Assembly: GCF_964204645.1 (NCBI RefSeq)
Contig: NC_134025.1
Coordinates: 21,551,101-21,615,100 of the forward strand
Direction of reading: 5' to 3'
Source of the DNA: Tubulanus polymorphus
Lineage: Eukaryota > Animalia > Nemertea
DNA: 64,000 nt
The notes under the pieces were generated by a model. That model did no database searches. It was not told the origin of the DNA and saw nothing but the letters and a program-made list of their open reading frames with translations. Below, in pieces: positions 13,901 to 25,900 of the stretch (position 1 is the first letter of the stretch; each line of letters opens with the position of its first letter). Made by a program: the position numbers and the translations under genes.

Positions 13901-16900
13901 ATATAACTATCATTGCTGCCGCCCTGAAACGAGCCCTAGGCCGAAAGTGTCGCGTCATCATGACTTTAAAGCAAGCCTCTTCGAAACGGATCCTTTAATA
14001 CAAAGACGAATTTAATAAATCAAATCATCGGTATCTCGAAGGATATCGGGCAAAGAAAATAACGACTGTTTGCCGAGCGTACTTTCTGTTGTCTTTTATG
14101 AAATATTCGTCAGCTTTTATGGGCGTTGGAACACCATTCGACATCTGTTGTTTCTCGGCAGGGGCTTCTTCGTTCTCAAAGCGTTCTGCAATAGACAAAA
14201 CCTCACTGGTGGTGATACGGTTTTAAAAAGACCTCCCCACGTCTTCGCAACTGTTGAAGCCTATGACCTCCTATTATTTATATACCTGATCTTGTCTACA
14301 TGTTGATTAATACACAATATATATATTCATATCTACATACCGGTAATAATAATAATAATGATAATAATAATAATACAATTCCACCACCGTACAATAACCA
14401 ACAGTCACCCACAACTCAAACATGCTTCGGGAATGCAAGTCTCTCACAAATATATCTAAATATTTTATTTATTTAGATTAATTAAAAATGCGGGTGCTTA
14501 TATCGGTAAAATTTCTCTGAGTTTTTTTTTCGTTCGGAAACTAATGAGGTTCTAAATCACTACATACACACGTATTTCATTACTTCACTAAAATCGTTTG
14601 TGAGGGTTAGTAGTTATGAAATAAAAACGAAAACCAAACCAAAACGCAGACGAAACTCAATGAAGACAAAATCATGCAGCAGCCAACATTGTTTTTATGA
14701 AAGTGGGTGAGTTGAATAGAAACTTTGCAGGGTGATTTTGACAATATTCATTACAATTTCTTTCGTCATATTATTACGTATCACCTACAGGGTCTGTTGT
14801 TTGTGAAAATCCGGGATGTCATTATCAAGTCTGACACATTACTGTAATCTAATGTATTAGATTTCATTGTTAGCTAACGACATCAGACGCCAATAAATCA
14901 TTTTACGGTTGCTAGCTATTTGGCGATTTATGGATACGTCGGTTAACATAACGAGTCGTCAAAAACTTTCACGATCTGAGAAATAGTTCATCTACCTCCC
15001 GAAGGTAGAAAGATATCAGAATTGATTGCATACGAACACTGTTCGCGGACTGATAGAATATTTAAAGAAAAAACAATTCGATTTGCGTCGACAAGAATCT
15101 CGAATGTTTGCTCTCCACTCACGACCATCGCGATGGCCATACGTGCAAAGATAATGCCTAACTATACCATCACCGCCTCCGACACCTTATGAGATAATTA
15201 TTTGATCGAACCTGGCAAATCTGGCTTTTTTGTAGGCTCTTCGACTGTGGCAAAAGAAACACGTTCAGTACACGCTTATTAAGTACGTTTTAAAAATAAG
15301 TTCAGTATATTTCCTAGTTTATCGAGACTCGTCCGATCCGTACAGAGTTACAGCTTTCAGCCGCCGAACGAGTCATAGTTCATTAGAATTTTATGTTATA
15401 CGAAAATGAAATCAATCAATAGTTCAAATTTTAATCTTTGTGCCTGAGACCTCTCGTAGGCTATAAGTATATGTTATACGTTATACGACATCAGAGTTGA
15501 TCATATTTCTAATTTCGTAATGCTAAATTTAGCGCACAATCGTACCTGTTATTTTCGGGGGGATCTCTGATTTTTTCTCGTCTGAACGGGCAAACAATAA
15601 AACAATAAAAGAGGATCTCGATAAGTTCTAATGAAATCAACGAAATCGTGCTATTCTTTTTTAACACGTGAAAAATTGCATTATTAGTCTCACACCTTCA
15701 ATCACCCGCCTTTCAATTAAGTACTCATTTCTGTAATACGTTACGTACCTGGTTGGTGTATTGTACCATTTGTTTCACCTAAACACACAAAAACAAACCA
15801 AGAAGCTGAACTCATATGAACGAAATAATTGAGTTTTGAAAAAGACATAAAAATGAATCAAGCATAAAAGTTCACGTAATCTACTCGGTGTGTAAATAAC
15901 AAAATGATGATACATTGAGATTTTACGGCCGCGTTAAGAAGATAGTGTTAGATAAATGTAGATAGATATACGGGTGATTTTAATGAACTTTTCGACCTTG
16001 ATCTCTTCAAAAAGCTCGTACAAGCATTCGTTGCAGTTATAACATTCATACGCGCCAACATCCTACCTCGGCAGGGATTCGAACCTGATTGCATCGCTAG
16101 ACTCAGCCACGACACGAAACCCTGCCACGCTAGACTAGGTGCGCAGGTACATGCGCACGTTTGCCGCGCGGAAACTTGTGTTACCGCTGAGGCAAATTTC
16201 ACGGATAGAATATAGATGTATGGTGGCTGATTCGGGCCATACTAAAAAGTTTTTCTGTACGGCTAAAGCAACGATAAAAAAATTATCACATTGGCCCGTT
16301 TGTTGGTTTTCTCGCGCGAGAATTCAAAATTTTTTGAATTCTCGCGCGAGAAAACCAAACTTTTTGAATTCTCTCACGAGAAAACAAAAAGTATTGAATT
16401 CTCGCGCGAGAAAACCAAAATGTTTTGAATTCTCGCGCGAGAAAACCAAACAGCGGGCCAATGTGAAAATTTTTTATCGTTGCTTTAGCCGTACAGAACA
16501 ACTTTTTAGTATGGCCCGAATCAGCCACCATAATAAATGGAAAACCCGGGTTAAAGCAGGATTTCTGATTGGTTAATAATGAAATCATCTAAGCTGCGCG
16601 TGTACCAGTGCGCCCGAGCTAGTGTGGCAGGGTTTTGCGCCGTAGCGGTCTCGATGCTATCACGTTCAAATCCCTGTTGGGGGAGGATGACGCACCAATA
16701 CCAGAGCATCAAAATCGCTGAATTCAGCCGATGAAAATGCCACCCAGTATTGATTGATACGACTAAGAAAACAATTGATAATGAGAAAGACACTTTCGAT
16801 GAACATGCTGTTAAAATGTATCAAAACATGCTCCGCTGGAAACAAATACGTCAGGCTCAAGTTTGAAAAGAAGTTGAAAATTATACAAGTCGAATTTATT

Positions 16901-19900
16901 TCAAAAGAAAAGAATGAAAAACCTCGTCTTCATACAGGAAAAAATTGTGAGAAAGACTATAGTACCGTAATTTCCGTAATACTTCCTGTCACCAACAGGC
17001 GGCAGTATGCTCGTTTCGGTGCCTGCGTCGGCGTCCTTTTCCAGATTGAATTTCTCGTTGAAAAATTTCTGCAGTGTTACGTTGTACCTGTAGAATTGCG
17101 AAAATACACGCATTCAGTATGCGACGCAGAGCTCGATAAGATATTGGCATCCTCACGCGTCCCATATTTTTTCTCCACGAGGCGTGTTGGATGGTCTCTA
17201 TACAGGGGCGGATCTAGTGAAAGTGGAAGGCCGGGGTCCAGAAGAAAGGACTGAGGCATTTTTCAGATGAAGGACGGCGTCATAGGCTGTAAGCGGAGTC
17301 CTGTTAGATTTTTATTGAAGAAATAAATCCGAAAATATGCAATTTCTGAAAGGATGTGCGTCAAATTCACAGGTTTTATTGATCTTTAACTTGGCAGCCT
17401 CAATGGGAAGGCAGGGGTACGGACCCTCGAGGCCACAACCTAAATTCACGCAGCTTCTCGACAATGATAAGCGTTCCTATTTAAAATTCGGACTTCTTTA
17501 ATTAGATATTGTTGCATCAACTTAATATTTGCCATTAATAAATTGGTTTATTCGTTATTTTCGAAATGAAACATGAGATTTACAAGATCGGTTTTTGTTC
17601 ATGCGACAGAACACTGTATAATGAATCAATGTGCCTACCTCATTAGGGCGATGTAACCAGCATATAGGATAAGCATGATTAATGATTCGTACCATGTAAT
17701 CACGGAGTCCATAATGCTCTGAAATTAATAGAGTATTCAATTTCAAATTCACGGAGAACAACGAGGTCTATCGTATATAGATATAGACCTAAACCGGAGA
17801 CCCACGCTATTTTAATCAAGAATGTACACATCAGCGGGAGGTTTTGGCTTAATTAAAACCATCCAGGATCGGGTAGGAAATGACATGTCGTCTGGCGATC
17901 GGCCTTTTCATGCCAGTCACACGTTGAGTTTGCCGTCGGAAATAACAAGCCGTACGGTTGGGTGGACGTTGAGAAAGTTGATAAGGTACACGACGCGCCG
18001 ACACCGCGCAAACAATCGTTAAGGGAAATAACTATGCGTCAACGTAGGCTAAATTGAGGCTAAATTAGCAAAACAACACCTTCCATGATACGTAGCCGTA
18101 AGACAAGCGCAGGACAAGATGATGACGGAAGTAATTCGTACAGCACGGAAACCATTGCCTTTTTACGAAGAAGGTCATCCGCCTTCGTGCACGAATTGGG
18201 CTAATATCGCCATGTATTCGCGGGATAAACTAATTGATCCAACTGACTGTACTCCCGTACGTCCGTCTGCATTGCTCCGCCTCTCTGACTGATTTTGAAC
18301 ATTGACGTAACTATATATCTAAAGTAATGAATCTAGATAATTGGAAGAGTGTGTCCGCCTCTCTCTCCCTCTCTCTCTCTCTTACCAGTATCAGCGCTAT
18401 AACCGTTATACAGTACGCCCCCGAGTCACGCAACAGCGGCCATTTACATAACGGTACCACCTAAAATAGAGAATGACGGTAAATGAATAATTCAACGCCC
18501 GTTTGACCAATATCTGTAAAAGAACCCAAAAGAAAATCCTATAATTAGGAATCAAGAACCCTTAAATACTTTATTGTATAATATAACTTACGGCTCCGGC
18601 CAGCAGTCCGCATATTCCTATGACAAACAGAATGTTGAACACCGCCGATCCGACGATGGTACCAACACCTACGTCGCCTTTAGCGATGAAAACACCTTGA
18701 TGAAAGAAAAAATGGATATGTCTTGATTGACGAGGAACACACCTTGGTAATTCTAGATATCTATTGAAAGCAGAAATATTCGCTGTTGATTTAATGATGA
18801 TCACGCAATGCGTTTGGGCTTGGTAGAAAATCAAGACTTGACTTAATAGTGGATATATACGTTATCTTATTACTGATTGGTTAAGTTACGTATACATGAC
18901 TGATAATCATTTTATCAGAACAGACCAGTTTCTCAGACCTATAACGGCTAAGTGGGTTTACAACTGACTTAACTGTGCGTTATTTGAACAGTTGTCGCCC
19001 TTGGTATATTTGATCGGAGAAGTCTTGGTATTTGTGCATCAAATTTGAATTATGAACGAACACTGCAAATGAAATCTCGATGCTTGCCCACGTTTTCAGC
19101 CTCGGTGCAAGGAACGCACAATAGAATTCGAGCTTGAAGGTAGAATATTGTCGCCAAGATGTCGGTTCAGAAGATAACCCATCAGGCCCCATTATTTCAG
19201 TGAACTTATTCATTTCGCGATACCGTACAGGTATATTCGCGCTAGATTAGTATTGATACCTATTTCACGCATTCATCCAATCAAACTGTCATTTTTCATA
19301 TGAAAGTAAGGCGGACATGATTACATCGAACAGTGAGCGTTCACCTGTCGTGAGCTTTGCCATCACAAGCGCGGCGCTAACACTTGGCTGCGCGAGGTCA
19401 AAAATTCGCGTGGATTTGCGGATAATGAGACTGAGATCAAAGATGAAATACGACTTCCCCTTGGCATTGCCACGACTGAAAAGGTTCCGTTGTCGCAGCT
19501 TTGAAATTTGGACCGAGTCGTCATTATTGTTTCTTTGTGCGTGCATCGCGTTTGGTCATTCTAACTTACCAATTACTGATGTGAATAGTTCAGGCGCCGA
19601 ACTTCCAGCAGCCATGAAAGTCGCCCCCGCGACGTCTTCCCCAATGTGCAATTTCTAGAAGAAATACAGAAAAAGAAACACTAATTCAGTGAAGTAGAAT
19701 GCAGTAACGATTGACTGATCGGTTCTTGTGGCGGCCGTTTTCTTCGGTATTAACTTTGAGGTAAAATAACAGCTACGGAAAAACTACGGTTATCAACGAT
19801 AAATGCCCCTCCCCAAAAAATAATCACGTTGAAAAATTCAATTTATCCAATAATATTTATCCTTTCCCTGCTCCAGGAATTTGGAAAAAATTGTGTCCCC

Positions 19901-22900
19901 AGGATGAATCCGTAATCGTGTTCTACATATCAAGTTTCGCCCGCACGCTTTAACGTATTCATATCAGCCGTTGGCTAAACTTTCCATCATTCGTTACAAT
20001 TCGGAAGATTTCTGATACGTCAAGACAGCTAAATTTAAGATCATTGACACACAGAAGTATCGATCTCCGATACACGCGCACCGTGACAAATCAATGAATT
20101 TTCGAAACGTTTCTCAACTATTGTAGAACGTCGGTGTGTAGAATGCTATAACGTTGCTGTTCGAGTCGATAGCTGCATTCATTCGTAAGTAGATTACGTC
20201 AAGCGCGGTACAAATCAATCGCCGATTCGATCAGCGCATTTTTCTGTAAATGAGATTTCATTGTCTCAGAACGAGTTTACGAAAAATTCGCTATTAACTA
20301 TACCGCACTATCCGACGATATTTTTGTTGCGGTGTATTTTGTTATTTTTGTTATTCAAAACTACAATAAACCTTCGGACTACACGTAGAAAACGACCAAA
20401 AATATAAAAATGGGCAAAATGGTCATCGACCTCGTAATATTTCCTCGGAAAGTTTCGATGTATCAAATGAGGCAGCCAACAAAATCAACCCCAATCAGCA
20501 ACCGAACCGTAACCGAAATTTCCAATAATGTACTCCGATTTAAACGAAAGTTCTGTAAATTCTGAAAATCTACCAAACAAATAAACAACAGGGTCAATCC
20601 CTATTTTGATGAAAAAAGTGTCGTATCAATTTTTTTATCAACTGTTTTTACTAATTTTAATAGGAATTACCATTTCATAAATGCTACACGCCGAAACTTG
20701 TTTTCATTACGCGTGTAAGATTTGCAATAATTCGATTACTACATTTCCCCATCCAAAAGCCCACGAGATGTTTTTCTCTCTACAAGACTGTTAATTTGCA
20801 CTCTTGACGTCTTACTTTGAATTTCATTCAATTTGGCATTTAATCATAAGTCGACTGTTTGATGTGTTAAGGTTTCGTGTTTGGCTGTCTACAGGCGAAT
20901 GCTCGACGCATTCATTCCCATCCGAGTAAGACTAATTAGATTTACTAAACCTTGCAAGTATTGGCTTAGTAAAATCAAGAAGCGAGTGGGAGTGGAACCC
21001 TTCTGTTTCAGATGCTGCAAACTAAAAATAGAATTCTTTTTCTTCCCTAAAAACTATTGTGGTGCGAGTTTTATAATATTCCATCGGTACTTCAATGGAT
21101 TTTGACACCAATACTGTAGCTGCATGATTCTTTAGTTTTCAGATGCTATTATTATTATTCATCATTATCTATTTATAACTTATTATTTATAATTTATTAT
21201 TTATTATTAATTATTTATCATTTATCATTTATCATTTATCATTTATTATTATTCAACTTATTCAAAATGGCGGCGGTGTTGGAGTCGCCTCTCCGTCACT
21301 GATATGGTTTTTTGGATTTTTACCTCAATTCTCAGTTAGCCGCAAGTTTAAACATGGATCTAAAAAGACCTCTCACGGTCGTTTGTTATGGTGGAAGGAT
21401 TACGAAAAGTGATATCCTATCAGCCCTGGGATCTAAATCAGTTCGAGTGCGTGCGATTCAAATCACAAAAACTGGTGAGTGTAGAATTACGTTCAAGGAC
21501 ACGAGTGCAGTTGAGGATTTCATAAAAAATCCACCGAACATAAGAGACCGCACGTTAAAAGTTGATAAAGCTGACGATGTACAAGATGTTACGAACGTTA
21601 CAATTAAAGATGCACCAGTTGAATTATCAGATGCGTTCATTGCCTCCCAATTATCGACATACGGTGAGGTAATAAATGGGAGTATCAGAAGAGGGAAAAT
21701 AAAAGACACCGATATTTTGAATGGCTCTATTTATGCTAAATTGCTTTAAGTGAAAAGTATAATTCCAGTTAATTCAAAATTTGGAAGATTTGAAGTCCGA
21801 CTTTACTGCGATAATAATAAAACGCAGTGTGTGTATTGCGGTGAAACGGATCACCAGTATTATCGTTGTCTCTTGCGTACTCGCAAACTCTGTTTTAAAT
21901 GTAAATCTCCAGACCATCTAGCAGCCAATTGTCCATCTGGCGTTTTATGTTTCTACTGCCGTAAGGAAGGGCATAAAAAATCAGAATGTCCGATATTACA
22001 GGGGTTGGAAAAAAGACTAAATTTTGACGACGACATAACTGATCATCAATCATGTGAGGACAAATCACATTCCACAGTTAAAACTCCTACTCATACTCAG
22101 TCTACCGTCACTGACATGTCACCTGCAGAGAGCCGCACCGCTAGCTCGACAATTGTGCCCCCGAAACATATTATTATGGGTGACTCGAACTGCTCTCGCC
22201 TGATGTTTACAGATATTCCGGAAAGCGTTCACGTGTGCAGCGTTTCGGGTGCAACGGCCCATGATGTAAATAAACTTCTCCAGAAAGTGGACCCGTCTAT
22301 TGAAAATGCGAAAATAAAATCGATAATCTGCCATCTAGGGATCATGACCAAACAATCCTGGATATGTCAAAATGATAAATATCCTTCGAAATACATTTCC
22401 CAGCGCTCAAATTAATGTATCTAGTATACTACCGCGTAAAGGAAAAAGTAAGACCGCGCTAACCTACAATGACACTTCCTCAAAGATCAATAACTATCTT
22501 CGAAAGCTATGTGACAGTGAAAATCATTTGAACTATATAGACAATGATTTGGTATTCCAACCAAATTTTTCAGTTAACCAGTCGTCATTTGATTCAACTG
22601 ATAGGTCAGGAATCCATATTGGAATCGATGGTGCCAAAGAACTTACACAAGTCTTTCTTCGTGCATTAACACCGGATCAGAATAAAAAACGAACCAGAAG
22701 TCAGACATCATCATCCGATATTAGCCCAACTGTTCACATGGCCAAAAAGGACAGAATTTCAGTCCCGGACGATTTACCGATAACATCAGTCTAATAATGC
22801 TACCTATTAACGAGTATTATCTACCCTATACTTATTCATCATCGACATCTTTAATAATAACAAATGTCAATACTTTGATGTAAACTCTACTGTAGAGTTT

Positions 22901-25900
22901 GAAAAGCAACATTTTTCAATCTGTGCTTTAAACATTCGTAGTTGTAACAGAAATTTTGATACATTTTCATATTTATTGAGCAATTTAAAAACTGACTTTT
23001 CTATTTTCGGGTTAACCGAAACCTGGACTAGCGAACTTCATGATAATGGCAGGCTGTATAATCTCCCAGGTATGAAAAGTGTTTTTAAGTGTAGAAAAAA
23101 TTGTCAGGGAGGAGGTTTGGCCCTATTTTTCAAAGAAAGTTTTAATGCGAAACTTAGACCAGATCTATCCCAGGATAGAAATACTTTTGAATGTCTATTT
23201 ATTGAATTGATTCTTGAAAAAGAAAAAAATAAATTAATTGGTCTGATCTATCGACCACCCGGACAAAGCATAAATGGCTTTAATAATGTATTAATTCCAC
23301 TTTTAGTGAAACTTAATAGAGAAGACAAAGTATGCTATCTTATGGGCGATTTCAATATCGATTTACTACAAGTTAACGCCCACAGACCAACTGATAACTA
23401 TTTAGAAAATATGACTTCATTTGGGTTCATTCCATTAGTTGATAAACCTACAAGAATCACTCCCACATCCTCGACGCTTATAGATAATATTTTTTTGTAA
23501 CGATATTCGCCATGTGTTTAGTACGGGTATTATTTGTACCGATATTTCGGATCATTTTCCTATTTTTATTGTCTGTAATCACGTTGAGCCCAAAATTGAC
23601 CAAGAGGTGACTTCGAACAGAAACTATTGTGAACGTAACATTTCAAAATTCAATAGAGCTCTTCTGGCCACTGATTGGTCGGATATCTATAGTAATGCAG
23701 ACCCGCAACTATCATACAGCGCATTTAACACTAAATTCATGGAATTATATAATGAATGTTTTCCTTTTTCAACTCCCCGTAAAATAAACGAAAATAAATT
23801 ACATAAACCGTGGTTATCATCTGGATTATTGAAATGTATTAAACACAAAAATCGCTTGTACAGAAAATCTTTGCGTAATAGATCACATTTGAAAAATTAT
23901 TTGAATTACAAACGTACCTTGTCTCGTACACTCAAATATGCCGAGAAAAAGTATTATGAGACTAAATTACTTGCAGCCAAATCCGATATGAAAAAATCAT
24001 GGAATATCTTAAACAGTCTAATTGGAAAATCTTCCAATGATCGGAGTAGATTACCTTGCTCTTTCAAAAGGAACGGTATCGTTGTAAACGGCTATGAAAA
24101 TATCGCTAATGAATTTAATTCTTTCTTTGTAAATATTGGTAGCAACCTAGCCAATCAAATACCAGATACAGGTGTCCACTTCAGTGAATATCTGACATAT
24201 CCAGTAAATGAAAACTTTTTCTTTTTCCCGACCCACCCTGATGAAATCAGTCAGATTGTAAATGATATCTCACCCAGCAAAGGCGCTGGTGCTGATGGTT
24301 TCTCTGTAAAAGTAGTTAAGAAAATAATTGATTCTGTAAAATACCTGCTAACTCATATATTTAACTGTAGCTTAAATTCCGGTATAGTGCCGGCTGAACT
24401 GAAGGTAGCGCGAATACGTCCACTCTATAAAGCTGGCAATAATGACTATTTTGATAATTACAGACCGATATCCGTACTGCCTTGCTTTTCTAAAATTCTC
24501 GAAAGGATAGTGTATAATCGATTAACCGAATATTGTAACAAGTTTCATATCATTCAACCAAACCAGTTCGGCTTTCGAAAGAACCATTCAACTGCCATGG
24601 CCTTAACATTGATAACTGATGAAATTTCACAAAATTTAGAAGAAAACAAATCAACTATTGGGGTATTCTTAGATTTATCAAAAGCCTTTGACACCGTTGA
24701 TCACGAAATCTTATTAAGAAAATTATGTTTTTATGGAATAAGAGGCATCTCTAACAACTGGTTTGAAAACTATTTGAAGAATAGGAAACAATTTGTTCAA
24801 ATTCAAAATTATAAATCCTCGTTATGTACCGTTAAAACTGGAGTACCCCAAGGCTCAATTTTAGGTCCCTTGCTTTTTTTATTATATGTAAACGACTGTA
24901 TTAAATTTTCTAATGTGTTAAAACTTATATTGTTTGCCGATGACACAAATGCCATAGTGACATTAATTTAGACAGATTAGTACGTACAGTAAACATTGAA
25001 TTATCAAAATTGTATACCTGGTTTCAAACAAACAAGCTGTCATTAAATGTAAAGAAGACGTCATTTATGGTGTTCGGTAAACTATTGAAACATAACTTGA
25101 GAATATCAATTAACAACATAGAGATCAAACAAGTCAATGTCACATATTTTCTTGGAGTTTTTATTGACAGAAATCTAACCTGGGACGATCAAATAAAATC
25201 AGTTGAAAAAAAAGTTTCTCGAAGCATTGGTATAATAGATAGAGTATGATATAAGCTGCCAGTGAGTTCTCTTCGTACCCTTTATTTGTCGCTTATTGAT
25301 CCTTACCTCCAGTATTGTAACTTAGTTTGGGGACGAAATTTTGAAAATAAACTTCAGCCATTAATTGTATTGCAAAAAAGAGCTATCAGGCTAATTTCTA
25401 ATTCCTATTATTTGGCGCACACTGACCCTATATTCAAAGCTTTTAATATCCTCAAGCTCAAAGATATTAATAAACTTCAGCTAGGTACTTTTATCTACAG
25501 ATCTGTCCACTCCGAATTACCGGAATCATTCGAAAATTATTGGAACCAAAATTTTCAAATCCACAGTCACAATACTCGGCGACGTCAAGATTTACAAACA
25601 CTTTCTTTCAATAGTCTAAGAAGAAAATTTTCAGTAAAAGTATCCGGCCCTTTACTTTGGAATAACATCAGTGAAAATCTAAAAAACATGGAAAATTCTA
25701 AAGATGATAATGTTCCTAAGAAATTATAGAAAGCAACTTTGTGCTTGATTTTATCATACAGTTATTCGAACTAAAATTATTGTTTTTGGAATATTTCAGA
25801 AAATAACTGGCTTATTAAATGATTATATCTTAATCAAGCTGTTATCATAGTTTACTTTGATTACATTTTGTGTGTTAAGGGTTGACTGTGAGCATATTAT

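Noticed and set aside
16059-16162. Intact tRNA gene (also considered at 33872, 37360, 40821, 59885)
   Set aside because: B-box or A-box present but no complete cloverleaf or acceptor stem; treated as SINE-derived
16305-16450. ~30-bp repeat units as a CRISPR-like array, and the 145/100-aa ORFs over them
   Set aside because: Units are tandem without unique spacers, lie inside a TA-flanked MITE in a eukaryotic intron, and no cas genes are present
25686-25712. Micro-inversion at the ORF2 C-terminus between ggaa/ttcc
   Set aside because: The reversed sequence hints at TLSSL but does not restore the frame; unsupported without a consensus
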